64,000 nt of DNA from NCBI GenBank assembly GCA_963778505.1, contig CAVZUH010000004.1:973607-1037606 (forward strand), read 5' to 3'. The DNA comes from an uncultured Actinomycetota bacterium (lineage in GTDB: Bacteria; Actinomycetota; UBA4738; HRBIN12). The translations under genes were made by a program, and so were the position numbers. The notes beneath the pieces were generated by a model. It was given only the letters and a program-made list of their open reading frames with translations. It ran no database searches and was not told the DNA's origin. This document shows, in pieces, positions 52,866-64,000 of the stretch (positions are counted from its first letter, which is position 1; each line of letters opens with the position of its first letter).

Positions 52866-53777
52866 CAGACCTCACCGCTTTCCGGTTCCGCGGCCACCTC
52901 GGCCGGCGCTTCCACGGGCGCCTCGGCCGGCGTTTCCACGGGCGCCTCCGCGGGCTCCACGTCGCCCGCCGGCTGCGCGGCCTCTGCTGCCTCAGGCGCC
53001 GCCTCGAGCTCTGGGGCCGGCTCTGTCTTCGGCGCGGCCTTCGCGCGCGGTGGCCGGCTTCGTGACTCGCTCGCCCTTCTCGGCTCGCGCGTGGGCACGA
53101 GCCATCGCTCGCTCGGTCTCCTGCTCGCGGTGCGGCACCTCGTCGCCGTGGTAGACCCACACCTTCACGCCGATCGCCCCGAAGGTCGTCTTGGCTGCGG
53201 CGGTCCCGAAGTCCACCTTGGCGCGGAGCGTGTGCAGCGGCACCCGTCCCTCGCGGTACCACTCCTTGCGACCCATGTCCGTCCCGCCCAGCCGGCCTGC
53301 ACACGCGACGCGCACGCCCAAGGCGCCGGCACGCATCGCGGTCTGGACCGCGCGGCGCATCGCCCGGCGGAAGGCCACCCTTCCGGCGAGCTGCTCGGCG
53401 ACCCCCTGCGCCAGGAGCGCGGCATCCGTGTCGGGCCGCACCTCGCTGGAGGCCTGGTTCATGTCCTCGACCTTCACGTCCACGCGCTTCTTCGTGTACC
53501 GCTCGACGTCCTTGCGCAGGCGATCCACCTCGGCGCCCTTGCGGCCGATCACGATGCCGGGCCGTGCGGTGCGGATGTAGACCCAGATCTGGTCGCCCTT
53601 GCGCTCGATGTCGATCGAAGAGATGCCGGCCCGCGACAACCGCGAGCGGATGTGCTTGCGGATCCAGACGTCCTCGTGGAGCGCCTCGATGTAGTCGTGC
53701 CTGCTCGCGTACCAATTCGATTTCCAGGGATAGATGACCCCCAGCCGGAACCCGTACGGGTGAACTTTCTGTCCCAC
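52865..53777 (-). CDS. rpsC: 30S ribosomal protein S3 with long Ala/Pro/Glu-rich C-terminal extension (one frame break near 53060)
   Basis: GTG 53777 opens [24 protein letters not shown]...[17 protein letters not shown]...[30 protein letters not shown]. The tail continues in ORF 52865..53098 ([56 protein letters not shown]). The span is 913 nt (3n+1). Confidence 0.93.
52908..52955 (-). repeat. 24-nt tandem repeat in the S3 tail
   Basis: The units 52908..52931 and 52932..52955 are identical at 21 of 24 positions. They encode AEAPVEAP and AEAPVETP. Degenerate partial copies flank them. Confidence 0.65.
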
Positions 53778-54122
53778 TACTCCTCGTCTCCCATCGTTTC
53801 GACCACGACCGTGACATGCGATGTGCGCTTCCGGACCCTCGTCGCGCGGCCGTAGGCCCGCGGGCGGTAGCGGCGCAACGTCGGTCCCTCGTCTACCCAG
53901 GCCTTCGACACCAACAGGTTCTCCGCGATCACGCCCGGGACGCTGCTCCGCGTTGGCGACGGCGGAGTTCAGCAGCTTCTCGAGGTCACGAGAGGCGCCG
54001 AGGGTAGATAGGCGGAGGATGCGTCTGGCCTCCTCCACGTGCTGACCGCGGATGAGGTCCACGCCCCGCCGCATCTTCCGCGGCGACGTGCGGACGTACT
54101 TGACCGTGGCTCGAGCTTCCAT
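53777..54122 (-). CDS. rplV: 50S ribosomal protein L22 (one frame break near 53940)
   Basis: ATG 54122 opens [37 protein letters not shown]...[10 protein letters not shown]. The corrected C-terminus is ...[18 protein letters not shown], ending at TAG 53779..53777, which shares one base with the rpsC GTG. The span is 346 nt (3n+1). Confidence 0.92.
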
Positions 54123-54404
54123 CTACCGGGGTCCCGTCTTTCGCTCTTCCCTCGAGTGCGTGCGGAACGTGCGCGTGGGGGCGAACTCGCCGAGCTTGTG
54201 CCCGACCATCGACTCCGACACGAACACCGGAACATGCTTGCGACCGTCGTGAACCGCGATCGTGTGACCGATCATGTCGGGCACGATCGTCGAGCGCCGC
54301 GACCAGGTCTTCACGACCTTCTTCTCGCCGCGCTCGTTCATCCCGGCGATCTTGACCATGAGGTGCTCGTCCACGAACGGCCCCTTCTTCACGGACCTCG
54401 CCAT
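54123..54404 (-). CDS. rpsS: 30S ribosomal protein S19
   Basis: From ATG 54404: [19 protein letters not shown]...[48 protein letters not shown]. Confidence 0.96.
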   Translation of the reverse strand: MARSVKKGPFVDEHLMVKIAGMNERGEKKVVKTWSRRSTIVPDMIGHTIAVHDGRKHVPVFVSESMVGHKLGEFAPTRTFRTHSREERKTGPR

Positions 54405-55235
54405 CAGCCACGCCCCTTCCCACGACGCCGGATGATCTGCGAGTTCGACGCCTTCTTCTTCTTCCTGGTACGGCCTTCCTTCTTCCCCCAGGGCGAGGTC
54501 GGGTGGCGGCCGCCCGACGCTTTGCCTTCGCCGCCGCCGAGAGGGTGATCGACCGGGTTCATCGCCACGCCGCGCACCGACGGCCGCTTGCCCTTCCAAC
54601 GGTTGCGCCCTGCCTTGCCGAGGGAGATCAACTCGTGTTCCGCGTTCCCGACGACCCCCACGGTGCCCTTGCAGGCGGACGGGACCGTGCGCATCTCGCC
54701 GGAGGGGAGCCGCAGCGTGGCCAGCTTCCCTTCCTTGGCCATCAGCTGGACGCTGGTCCCGGCCGAACGCGCCATGCGTGCGCCGGCGCCCGGCTTCAGC
54801 TCCACCGCATGCACCACCGTGCCCACCGGGATGTTCCGGAGCGGCAGTGAGTTCCCGGGGCGGATCTCGGCGCCGTCCCCGGACATCAGCATGTCGCCGA
54901 CCCGCACCCCGTCCGGCGCGAGGATGTAACGCTTCTCGCCGTCCACGTAGTGCAACAGGGCGATCCGCGAGCTCCTGTTGGGGTCGTACTCGATCGTGGC
55001 GACCTTGGCCGGGATGCCGTCCTTGTTGCGGCGGAAGTCGATGAGCGCGGTAGCGACGCTTCGTGCCGCCTCCTTGGTGCCGCGTCGTGATCCGGCCGTG
55101 CACGTTCCGCCCGGCCTTCTTGCGCCCCTTCGTCAGGAGCGACTTCTCGGGCGTCGACCGCGTGATCTCGTCGAACGACGACACGCTGGCCCCACGCCTG
55201 CCCGGCGTCGTCGGCTTGTACTTTCGAACGGCCAC
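54404..55235 (-). CDS. rplB: 50S ribosomal protein L2 (frame break near 55050)
   Basis: The N-terminus [25 protein letters not shown]...[17 protein letters not shown] comes from ORF 54123..55235. The rest is in ORF 54404..54955 ([13 protein letters not shown]...[23 protein letters not shown]...[20 protein letters not shown]). The span is 832 nt (3n+1). Confidence 0.94.
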
Positions 55236-55237
55236 GG

Positions 55238-55534
55238 CTACGACCCCCCACCCTCGAAGATCTCGATGCTGTCGCCCTGGGCCAGCGTGACGACGGCGCG
55301 CTTCTCGTCGGGACGTCGGCCCCGGGTGTACCCGCGCCGCTTCATCTTGCCCCGGCGTTTCAGCGTGTTGACCGACACCACCTGGACGTCCCAGATCGTC
55401 TGGACCGCCTCCTTGATCTCCGTCTTGTTCGCGCGCGGGTCGACCAGGAACGTGTACGTGTTGTGTTCGATGCCCGCGTAGGACTTCTCCGAGACGATGG
55501 GGCGGACGATCACGTCGCGAGGGGACTTGTTCAC
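55238..55534 (-). CDS. rplW: 50S ribosomal protein L23
   Basis: From GTG 55534 (a GTGA overlap with the rplD stop): [57 protein letters not shown]. Confidence 0.94.
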   Translation of the reverse strand: MNKSPRDVIVRPIVSEKSYAGIEHNTYTFLVDPRANKTEIKEAVQTIWDVQVVSVNTLKRRGKMKRRGYTRGRRPDEKRAVVTLAQGDSIEIFEGGGS

Positions 55535-56246
55535 TCCGCCACCTCGTCCTTCTTCGGCGCTCTGTTTCGCGCCTTCCCCTGCGTTTCCGTCTTCGTCTCG
55601 AACGCCGTCGCCGATCCTCGCGGTGCCCGCGTCAGGCCGTCGATCGCGGCATCGGTGAACAGCACGCGGTCCGCCAATAGCACGTCGTAGGTCCCGAGGC
55701 CGTTCGCGTAGGCGATCTTCACGCTCGTGAGGTTCCGGAAGGATTTCTCGACCGCGCCCGACTCCGTGGGAACGCGGCAGGACCAGCAGGATCCGGCCCT
55801 TGAGCTCCAGCGAATCCAGGACGCCCACCGCCTGACTCGTCTTCGGCTCGTCCCAAGCAAGGTCGTCGACCACGGCCAGCTTGCCGCTCTGCAGGGCGTC
55901 GGTGAGGGCGGATCGGAGCGCTCCCCGGCGCATCTTCTTGTTGACCTTCTGGGAGTGGTCGCGCGGCGTCGGACCGTGGGCCACGCCGCCGCCGACCCAT
56001 TGGGGAGACCGGATCGAGCCCTGTCGGGACCGGCCGGTGCCCTTCTGCCTCCATGGCTTCCTGCCGCCGCCGCGGACCTCGCCTCGCGTCTTCGTCGAGT
56101 GCGTGCCCGCGCGGATCCCGGCGAGGCCCGCCACGACCACCTGATGCATCAGCGGCACGCTCACCCTCGACTCGAAGATCTCTGCGGGAAGATCCACGAG
56201 ATCCGGTCTTCTTCCCGGCGATGTCGCGCATCTCGATCGAGGCCAT
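55531..56246 (-). CDS. rplD: 50S ribosomal protein L4 (two or more frame breaks)
   Basis: ATG 56246 opens [15 protein letters not shown]. It continues [73 protein letters not shown]. The C-terminus is in ORF 55531..55860 ([29 protein letters not shown]). The span is 716 nt (3n+2). Confidence 0.92.
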
Positions 56247-56915
56247 CAGGCGCCACTCCCCGCCGAGGCCTTGCCTGATGGAGCCTTGACCGCCGAGCGC
56301 GCCATGAGGAGGCCCCCGTTCGGCCCGGGTACCGCGCCCTTGACGAGCAGCAGGCCGCGCTCGGCGTCGGCCTGCACGACCTCGAGGTTCAACACCGTCA
56401 CGCGCACGTTCCCGTACTGACCCGCCATCGGCATGTCCTTGAAGACCCGGCTCGGCGTCGCGCACGCACCGATCGCGCCGGGCGCTCGGTGCTTGCGCTT
56501 GGTGCCGTGGCTGGCGCGCAGCCCGTGGAACCCGTGGCGCTTCATCACCCCGGTCGTGCCGTGGCCCTTGGAGACACCGACCACGTCGACCCGATCGCCC
56601 GGGCTGAACACGTCGACCGTGATCTCCTGGCCCGTGCTCGTAGCTCCCGGCGTCGTCCGTCCGCAGCTCGACCACGTGGCGACCCGGCGCCGCGTCGTGC
56701 TTCTCGAAATGCCCTTTCATCGGCCCGGTCAGGTCGCGGGGCCGGACCGTGCCGAAGGAGAGCTGGACGGCGTCGTAGCCGTCGGTCTCCTTCGTCTTCA
56801 CCTGGGAGACGACGGACGGCCCCGCCTTGATGACCGTGACCGGCACGGCGCGGGTGTCGTCGAAGATCTGGGTCATCCCCAGCTTCGTGCCCAAGATGCC
56901 TTTCGTCTCAGCCAT
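56246..56915 (-). CDS. rplC: 50S ribosomal protein L3 (frame break near 56640)
   Basis: The N-terminus is [39 protein letters not shown]. The C-terminus is in ORF 56246..56611 ([26 protein letters not shown]....HRAPG.IGA..TP.RVFK...MAG). The span is 670 nt (3n+1). Confidence 0.93.
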
Positions 56916-56920
56916 CGCTC

Positions 56921-57229
56921 CTACAACTTGATCTCGATGTCGACCCCGGCCGACAGGTTCAGTCGCTGCAGCTCCTGCACCGTCTTGGACGTGGCGTCCA
57001 CGATGTCGATCAGTCGCTTGTGCGTGAGCATCTGGAAGTGCTCACGCGAATCCTTGTACTTATGCGGCGAGCGGATCACCGTGTAGATCGATCGCTCGGT
57101 CGGCAGCGGAACGGGCCCGACGACCTTGGCGCCGGTGCGCGTCACGTGCTCGACGATGTCGCGCGCCGCCACGTCGAGCATCCGGTGGTCGTACGCCCGG
57201 AGCTTGATCCGGATCTTCGGTCCCGCCAC
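56921..57229 (-). CDS. rpsJ: 30S ribosomal protein S10
   Basis: Intact 102-aa ORF: [21 protein letters not shown]...[13 protein letters not shown]...[27 protein letters not shown]. Confidence 0.96.
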   Translation of the reverse strand: MAGPKIRIKLRAYDHRMLDVAARDIVEHVTRTGAKVVGPVPLPTERSIYTVIRSPHKYKDSREHFQMLTHKRLIDIVDATSKTVQELQRLNLSAGVDIEIKL

Positions 57230-57266
57230 TGCCTCGTCCCCTCGCCCTTCGGTTCTCGACGTCCCT

Positions 57267-58452
57267 CTACTTCAGGACCTTGGTGACCCGTCCGGCCCCG
57301 ACGGTGCGCCCGCCTTCGCGGATCGCGAACCGGAGACCGTCCTCCATCGCGATCGGCTTGTCGAGCTCCACCCGCATCTCCACGTTGTCCCCGGGCATCA
57401 CCATCTCGACGCCTTCGGGCAAGTGCGCGACGCCCGTCACGTCGGTGGTCCGGAAGTAGAACTGGGGCTTGTAGCCGTCGAAGAACGGCGTGTGCCGGCC
57501 GCCCTCCTCCTTGGACAGGATGTAGACGTTCGACATGAACTCGGTGTGAGGGGTGATGGAGCCCGGCTTCGCCAGGACCTGGCCGCGTTCCACCTCGTCC
57601 TTGTCGATGCCGCGGAGGAGCACCCCCACGTTGTCGCCTGCCGTGATCTCGTCGAGGAGCTTGCGGAACATCTCGAGGTCGGTCGCGATCGTCTTGCGTG
57701 TCTCCCGCAATCCGACGATCTCGACTTCCTCCATCTTCTTGAGGACGCCTTGCTCGACGCGGCCCGTGACGACCGTGCCACGGCCGGTGATCGAGAAGAC
57801 GTCTTCGATCGGCATCAGGAACGGCTTGTCGGTGTCGCGCACGGGCTCGGGGATGAAGGTGTCGCACGCCACCAGGAGCTCGTCGACCTTGGCCATCCAC
57901 GTCTCGTCGCCCTCGAGCGCCTTCAGGGCCGAGATCTGGATGACCGGGACGTCGTCGCCCGGGTACTCGTAGGACGTGAGCAGCTCACGGACCTCGAGCT
58001 CGACGAGGTCGAGGAGCTCGGGGTCGTCGACCATGTCGCACTTGTTCAGAGCGACCACGATCGAAGGTACCCCCACCTGGCGGGCGAGCAGCACGTGCTC
58101 GCGGGTCTGCGGCATGGGGCCGTCGGCCGCCGACACCACGAGGATGGCGCCGTCCACCTGGGCGGCGCCGGTGATCATGTTCTTCACGTAGTCGGCGTGG
58201 CCCGGCATGTCGACGTGGGCGTAGTGGCGATTCTCGGTCTCGTACTCGACGTGGGCGATCGCGATCGTGATCCCGCGCTCGCGCTCCTCCGGCGCCTTGT
58301 CGATCTCGTCGAACGGGCGTGAACTCGGCCATGCCCTTCTCGGCCTGGCGCTTGGTGATCGCGGCCGTGAGCGTCGTCTTGCCGTGGTCGATGTGGCCCA
58401 TCGTGCCGATGTTCACGTGGGGCTTCGTGCGCTCGAACTTCTTCTTGCCCAT
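57267..58452 (-). CDS. tuf: elongation factor Tu (one extra base near 58314)
   Basis: The N-terminus [33 protein letters not shown]...MAEFTP comes from ORF 57985..58452. Deleting one base in GAACGGGCGT restores [25 protein letters not shown]..., which joins ORF 57267..58208 ([17 protein letters not shown]...NKCD...). The span is 1186 nt (3n+1). Confidence 0.95.
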
Positions 58453-58484
58453 GATCCCTCTCCTCTTCCCGCTCGTCGTGGGCC

Positions 58485-60648
58485 CTACTCGCCCGAGACC
58501 CGGGCGATGATCTCCTTCGATACCTGCACCGGCACCTCCGCGTACGCGTGGAGCTGCATCGGGCTGTGCGCGGCGCGGCCCTGGGTCCGCGAGCGCAGGT
58601 CGGTCGCGTAGCCGAACAGCTCGGCCAGCGGCACCAGCACCCTGATCACCTTCTGCCCCCCCGCGTCGTCGATCCGCTCGATCCGGCCGCGCCGCGCCGT
58701 CACGTCGCCCATGACCTCGCCCATGAAGTCTTCGGGAGTGGTCACCTCGAACTCCATGACGGGCTCGAGCAGCGCGGGATCGGCCTTGCGGGCCGCCTCC
58801 TTCAGCGCCATCGAACCGGCGATCTTGAACGCCATCTCGCTCGAGTCGACCTCGTGGAAGGTGCCGTCCATCAGGGTCGCCCGGACGTCCACCATCGGGT
58901 ACCCGGCCAGCACCCCGTTGTCGAGCGCCTCCTGGATCCCCTGGTCCACGGCGGGGATGTACTCGCGGGGGATCTTGCCGCCGACGATCTTGTTCAGGAA
59001 CTCGTACCCCCCACCGGGACCGGTCGGCTCCAGGTTGATCACGACATGCGCGAACTGTCCGCGGCCGCCCGTCTGCCGGACGAAGCGGGTCTCGACCTTG
59101 TGCACCTCGCGGCGGATCGTCTCGCGGTACGCGACCTGCGGCTTGCCGACGTTGGCGTCGACGGAGAACTCTCGCTTCAGACGGTCCACGATGATGTCGA
59201 GGTGGAGCTCGCCCATCCCCGAGATCACGGTCTGACCCGTCTCGTCGTCGAACTTCACGACGAACGTCGGGTCCTCGTCCGCGAGCTTGGCGAGGCCGTT
59301 CCCCAGCTTGTCCTGGTCGGCCTTCGTCTTCGGCTCCACGGCCACCGAGATGACGGGCGTGGGGAAGCTGATCGATTCGAGGACGACCTGGTGGTCGGGA
59401 TCGCAGATCGTGTCGCCGGTCGTCGCGTGCTTCAGGCCGACGACGGCGACGATGTCGCCCGTGTAGGCGGCCGCCATGTCCTCACGGTGGTTGGCGTGCA
59501 TCTGCAGGATCCGCCCGATCCGCTCCTTGCGGTCCTTGGTGGCGTTGGCCACGTGGGTGCCGGCTCGGAGCACACCCGAATAGACCCGCAGGTACGTGAG
59601 GCGACCGACGTAGGCGTCCGACATGATCTTGAAGGCGAGCGCGGCGAACGGCTCCGAGTCCTCAGGCTTTCGCTCGACGTGGGCCGCTTCGTCGTTGGGC
59701 AGATGACCCTGCACGGGCAGCACCTCGGCCGGGGACGGGAGGTAGGCGACGATCGCGTCGAGCAGCAGCTGGACACCCTTGTTCTTGAAGGCGGAACCGG
59801 CACAGCACCGGAACGCCCAGTCCGGCGAGCGTCGCGCGGCGGATCGCGCGATGCAGCTCCTCGGTCGTCGGCTCCTCCTCGTGCACGAACTTCTCCATCA
59901 CCGACTCGTCGTGGTCGGCGAGCTTCTCGAAGAGCTGGTGGCGCGCGGACTCGGCCGCCTCCCGGTATTCCTCCGGGATGTCCGTGTCGTGCCACTCCTC
60001 GCCCATCTCGCCCTCCCAGTAGTGGGCGTTCATCTGGACGAGGTCGATCACGCCGTGGAAGTCGGACTCGGTGCCCCACGGGAGCTGCAGGACGAGCGGG
60101 GTCGCCTGCAGGCGGTCCACGATCATCTCGACGGTGCGTTCGAAGTTGGCCCCGGTCCGGTCCATCTTGTTGACGAAGCAGATCCGGGGTACGCTCGTAC
60201 CGGTCGGCCTGACGCCACACCGTCTCGCTCTGCGGCTCGACTCCGGCCACCGCGTCGAAGACCGCGACCGCGCCGTCCAGCACGCGGAGCGAGCGCTCGA
60301 CCTCGACGGTGAAGTCGACGTGGCCGGGGGTGTCGATGATGTTGATCCAGTGGCCCTTCCACTGGCACGTGGTGGCCGCGGACGTGATCGTGATGCCGCG
60401 CTCGCGCTCCTGCACCATCCAGTCCATCTGCAGCGGTGCCTTCGTGCACCTCGCCGATCTTGTAGGCCTTCCCGGTGTAGTAGAGGATCCGCTCGGTCGT
60501 GGTGGTCTTGCCCGGCGTCGATGTGCGCCATGATGCCGATGTTGCGCGTGCGAGCGAGGGGGTACTCGCGGATCGCGAGCCCCTTGCCGCCGTCCTTGAC
60601 CTTCTGTTCGGTCGTCGCCACCTGCATCCTCTCCGCGGGGACCGCCAT
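58485..60648 (-). CDS. fusA: elongation factor G (at least four frame breaks)
   Basis: Pieces are [12 protein letters not shown] / [26 protein letters not shown] / [45 protein letters not shown]...[13 protein letters not shown] / [16 protein letters not shown]..., then ORF 58485..59723 ([19 protein letters not shown]...GMGELHL...QVAYRETI...). The span is 2164 nt (3n+1). Confidence 0.94.
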
Positions 60649-60711
60649 CTACGGGGTCCCCTCCACACGGGAAACCGGCCCCTGAGGGCCGGTCGCCGTG
60701 GTTCTCCTCGA

Positions 60712-61182
60712 TCACCATCGGTAGTGCGCGAACGCTTTGTTGGCCTCGGCCATCTTGTGCATGTCCTCCCGCCGCTTCACGGATGCCCCCTGGCCGTTGG
60801 CGGCGTCCATGATCTCCGAGACCAACCGCTCGGCCATCGAGTTCTCGCGCCGGGCGCGGGAGAAGTTCACGAGCCATCGCAGCGCGAGCGTGGTGCCTCG
60901 GGTCGGCTTCACCTCGACGGGTACCTGGTACGAGGCGCCTCCGACCCGGCGGGACTTCACCTCCAGCATCGGCCGCACGTTCTCGACGGCGCGCTTCAGG
61001 GTGATCACCGGGTCGTTCGCGGTCTTCTGGCTGATCTGCTCGAGCGCTTCGTAGACGATGTGCTCGGCCACGGTCTTCTTCCCGTGCAACAGCACCTTGT
61101 TGACCAGCTGCGTCACCAACGGGTTCTGGTAGACGGGATCGGGGGTGATCCCCCTGCGTACGGCAGGGCCCTTCCGGGGCAT
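60712..61182 (-). CDS. rpsG: 30S ribosomal protein S7
   Basis: From ATG 61182: [43 protein letters not shown]......[19 protein letters not shown]...[13 protein letters not shown]. Confidence 0.96.
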   Translation of the reverse strand: MPRKGPAVRRGITPDPVYQNPLVTQLVNKVLLHGKKTVAEHIVYEALEQISQKTANDPVITLKRAVENVRPMLEVKSRRVGGASYQVPVEVKPTRGTTLALRWLVNFSRARRENSMAERLVSEIMDAANGQGASVKRREDMHKMAEANKAFAHYRW

Positions 61183-61184
61183 GA

Positions 61185-61559
61185 CTACTCGCCACCCTTC
61201 TTGGCGCCGTAGCGCGACCTGGCCTTGCGGCGGTCGCGTACGCCTGCGGTGTCGAGCGTGCCCCGGACGATCTTGTAGCGAACGCCGGGAAGGTCGCGTA
61301 CGCGACCGCCGCGGACGAGCACGATCGAGTGCTCCTGAAGGTTGTGTCCCACGCCCGGGATGTACACCGTGACCTCGATCCCTGAGGTCAGCCGGACCCT
61401 GGCGACCTTCCGAAGGGCCGAGTTCGGCTTCTTCGGGGTCATCGTGTAGACGCGCGTGCAGACGCCACGCCGCTGCGACGAGCCCTTCAGCGCGGGGCTC
61501 TTCGTCCGCTTCTTGGGCCTCGACCGGCCCTTCCGCACGAGTTGTTGGATGGTAGGCAT
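61185..61559 (-). CDS. rpsL: 30S ribosomal protein S12
   Basis: Intact 124-aa ORF: [12 protein letters not shown]...[66 protein letters not shown]. Confidence 0.97.
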   Translation of the reverse strand: MPTIQQLVRKGRSRPKKRTKSPALKGSSQRRGVCTRVYTMTPKKPNSALRKVARVRLTSGIEVTVYIPGVGHNLQEHSIVLVRGGRVRDLPGVRYKIVRGTLDTAGVRDRRKARSRYGAKKGGE

Positions 61560-61717
61560 GGCTCTCTCGTCTGCACTCTTCCCTTTTCATTCACCGAGGC
61601 CTGGAGCCTCGGGCCGAACCCTTTGGGGCGCAGCGCGAACGCCGTGACCCTGCGGGGTTGTCGCTCCGACCGGAGCCGGACGCCCGACGTGTTCGCCGTA
61701 CTCGGGCGCGACCGCCA

Positions 61718-61747
61718 AAGCTACTGGTCGTGAGCACGAGATGTCAA
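61718..61747 (-). promoter_or_regulatory. candidate str-operon (rpsL-rpsG-fusA-tuf) promoter
   Basis: The minus strand reads TTGACA (61747..61742), an 18-nt spacer, then TAGCTT (61723..61718). It lies in the 269-nt rpoC-rpsL spacer, leaving a ~150-nt leader. Confidence 0.5.
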
Positions 61748-61828
61748 CCGCGTGGGTGCCACCCGGCGTGAGGGCCGGCCTGCGCGGATGCGCTCGCTAG
61801 CCTACCCGGCCGGTCGGGCTCCCGACAC

Positions 61829-64000
61829 CTACTCGTCCTCGGCCCCGGACACGCCCCCGAGCATGCTCTCGGCCTGCTGGCGGGTGAGGCCGACCAGCGC
61901 CGGCTCGCCCCCCTCGGCCAGCTCGGCGAGCTCCCGCTGGCGTGTCAGCCAGTACTCGGGGATCGCGTCCGGCTTGATCTTGACCGCGACGTTGCGGTAC
62001 CGACTCATGCCCGTGCCTGCCGGGATCAGCTTCCCGATGATCACGTTCTCCTTGAGCCCCAGCAATGGGTCGGCCTTGCTCTGGATGGCGGCGTCCGTGA
62101 GCACCCGGGTCGTCTCCTGGAAGGAGGCGGCCGAGAGCCACGAGTCCGTCGCGAGCGAGGCCTTCGTGATGCCGAGCAGGACCGGTCGAGCGGAGGCGGG
62201 TACGCCGCCTGCCTCGACGACCTCCTGGTTCGTCTCTTCGAAGACCCGGCGATTCACGAGGTCGCCTGGCAGCAGGTCCGTGTCGCCCGGCTCGATGATG
62301 TGCACCTTCCGGAGCATCTGACGGCCGATCAGCTCGATGTGCTTGTCGTGGATCGTCACGCCCTGCGAGCGATAGACCTGCTGGACCTCGTCGACGAGGT
62401 GCAGCTGCAGCGCGAGGACGCCCTCCACGCGCAGCTTCTCGTGGGGGTTCACGGAACCCTCGGTGAGCTGCTGGCCGACCTCCACCTGATCGCCGTTCGC
62501 GACCGTGAGACGGGCGCGGAACGAGACCTGGTACTCGACCATGTCGCCCGTCTCGTCGGTGACTCGGAGGCGTCGGACGTGCTTCTCGTCGTCGTCCTCG
62601 ATGGTCACCTCGCCCGACAGCTCGGTGATCTGCGCCATCCCCTTCGGGTTACGAGCCTCGAACAGCTCGACCACGCGCGGGAGACCGTGCGTGATGTCCT
62701 CGCCGGCGATGCCGCCGGTGTGGAAGGTTCGCATCGTGAGCTGGGTGCCGGGCTCACCGATCGACTGGGCGGCGATGATGCCCACCGCCTCTCCGATGTC
62801 GACGAGCCGGCCCGCGGCGAGCGACCGTCCGTAGCACGCCTGGCACACACCGACCTCGGCCTCGCAGGTGATCACGGAACGGACCCGCACGCTCTCCACG
62901 CCGGAGTCGATCACCGACGCCGCCAGCTCGTCGGAGAGCTCCGCGCCGCGGGCGGCGATCTTCTTCCCGCCCACCTTCACGTCCTCCGCGAGGACGCGTC
63001 CGAACAGCGACGTGTCCGTGTGGGCGGCCCTGACGATGGTCCCGTCGGGTCGGGTGATGTTCACGGTCGCCGTGATCGACCGGTCGGTGCCGCAGTCCTC
63101 CTCACGGACGATGACCTCCTGGGCGACGTCGACGAGACGCCGTGTGAGGTAGCCCGAGTCCGCCGTTCGCAGCGCCGTGTCGGCGAGGCCCTTCCGAGCA
63201 CCGTGCGTCGAGATGAAGTACTCGAGGACCGACAGGCCTTCGCGGAAGTTCGACTTGATCGGACGAGGGATGATCTCGCCCTTCGGGTTGGCGACGAGGC
63301 CTCGCATCCCAGCGAGCTGGCGGATCTGCATGATGTTCCCGCGCGCGCCCGAGTTGGCCATCATGTAGATCGGGTTGGTCTTCGTGAACTGGGCCTCCAT
63401 CGCGTCCTTGACCTCGTCGGTGGCCTGCGTCCAGATCTCGATGAGCTCCTGACGACGCTCGTCGTCCGTGATGATGCCCTTGCGGTACTGCTGCTCGACC
63501 TTCTGTGCGCGCTTCTCGTGCTCGTCCAGGATCTTCTGCTTCTCCGGGGGCGTGGTGACGTCCTCGACGCCCAGCGTCACGCCCGCCTTGGTGGCGTAGT
63601 CGAACCCGAGGTTCTTCAGGTTGTCGAGGACGATCTCGGTCTGCGCTCGGTCGTAGCGGTGCACGACCTCATCGACGAGACGGGCCACGTCCGGCTTCAA
63701 CACTGGCTCGTTGCGGTACTCGAAATCGTCCGGGAAGGCCGTGTTGAACACGATCCGGCCGATGGTCGTGCGGATGACCGGCGTTCGGCCCACCCACCCC
63801 TCGGCCTTGGCGTCGTACCCCTCCGGCAGGAGCTCCTCCGGGAGCGCCTTCCCCGTGAGCCGGACACGTACCGGATCGTGGAGCGGATGACCGCGGTCGA
63901 GCGCCAGCAACGCTTCGGCGGTCGAGCCGAGCGTCGGGATCTCCTCGTCCTTCATGTCTTCGTTCTGCGTGAGGGTCAGGTAGTAGAGCCCGAGCACCAT
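61829..64000 (-). CDS. rpoC: DNA-directed RNA polymerase subunit beta', C-terminal 723 codons (5' part lies beyond the window)
   Basis: One uninterrupted ORF to the window edge: ...[70 protein letters not shown]...[18 protein letters not shown]... Confidence 0.96.
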   Translation of the reverse strand: MVLGLYYLTLTQNEDMKDEEIPTLGSTAEALLALDRGHPLHDPVRVRLTGKALPEELLPEGYDAKAEGWVGRTPVIRTTIGRIVFNTAFPDDFEYRNEPVLKPDVARLVDEVVHRYDRAQTEIVLDNLKNLGFDYATKAGVTLGVEDVTTPPEKQKILDEHEKRAQKVEQQYRKGIITDDERRQELIEIWTQATDEVKDAMEAQFTKTNPIYMMANSGARGNIMQIRQLAGMRGLVANPKGEIIPRPIKSNFREGLSVLEYFISTHGARKGLADTALRTADSGYLTRRLVDVAQEVIVREEDCGTDRSITATVNITRPDGTIVRAAHTDTSLFGRVLAEDVKVGGKKIAARGAELSDELAASVIDSGVESVRVRSVITCEAEVGVCQACYGRSLAAGRLVDIGEAVGIIAAQSIGEPGTQLTMRTFHTGGIAGEDITHGLPRVVELFEARNPKGMAQITELSGEVTIEDDDEKHVRRLRVTDETGDMVEYQVSFRARLTVANGDQVEVGQQLTEGSVNPHEKLRVEGVLALQLHLVDEVQQVYRSQGVTIHDKHIELIGRQMLRKVHIIEPGDTDLLPGDLVNRRVFEETNQEVVEAGGVPASARPVLLGITKASLATDSWLSAASFQETTRVLTDAAIQSKADPLLGLKENVIIGKLIPAGTGMSRYRNVAVKIKPDAIPEYWLTRQRELAELAEGGEPALVGLTRQQAESMLGGVSGAEDE

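Overview
This is a very GC-rich (judged by eye, not computed) core-genome segment, coded almost entirely on the minus strand, with Actinomycetota-type gene order.

**Gene content, low to high coordinates:**
- an MTHFR-like 5' end, folD, purH and purN
- a small island of zinc-ribbon and membrane proteins
- sucD-sucC preceded by an orphan B12-binding mutase subunit
- an alpha/beta-hydrolase/class III cyclase fusion, an SDR remnant and a DMFase-beta-like gene
- pcrA, then a class E sortase convergent with a Ser/Thr kinase
- guaA and guaB3
- DinB, cysC and an AP-superfamily phosphodiesterase
- a GNAT and a Leu/Glu-type dehydrogenase
- groEL-groES with a CIRCE operator
- a gap-free chain: epimerase-tsaD-rimI-tsaB-tsaE-udg-hydrolase-alr-nnr-acpS-glmS, followed by glmM
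- arsR, arsC and a DUF2007-like gene
- the ribosomal superoperon: rpsI-rplM, truA, rplQ-rpoA-rpsK-rpsM-rpmJ-infA, map-adk-secY through rpsJ, and tuf-fusA-rpsG-rpsL
- the 3' 2.2 kb of rpoC

I saw no rRNA, tRNA, CRISPR array, transposase or integrase, and no recognisable defence or other novel multi-gene system.

**Dominant peculiarity:** dozens of conserved and essential genes (tuf, fusA, secY, groEL, rplB, rplC, rplD, rpsC, glmS, guaA, pcrA and others) are split by single-base indels. Where I resolved them these are mostly +1 insertions outside homopolymers. They occur in blocks that alternate with long clean blocks. I read this as sequence-quality damage rather than biology, so I merged ORF-track fragments into single genes.

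**Observations most worth a second look:**
- L13 carries a 108-aa Lys/Thr/Ala/Pro tail
- rpsD is absent from its usual rpsK-rpoA slot
- a zinc-ribbon protein contains two tandem ~59-aa repeats
- the kinase has a helical (FIMAH-like) ectodomain and sits next to the sortase
- the AP-superfamily enzyme is translationally coupled to cysC
- a RibD_C-type pseudogene with nonsense codons lies beside the groES promoter
- an SDR gene has an internal in-frame deletion
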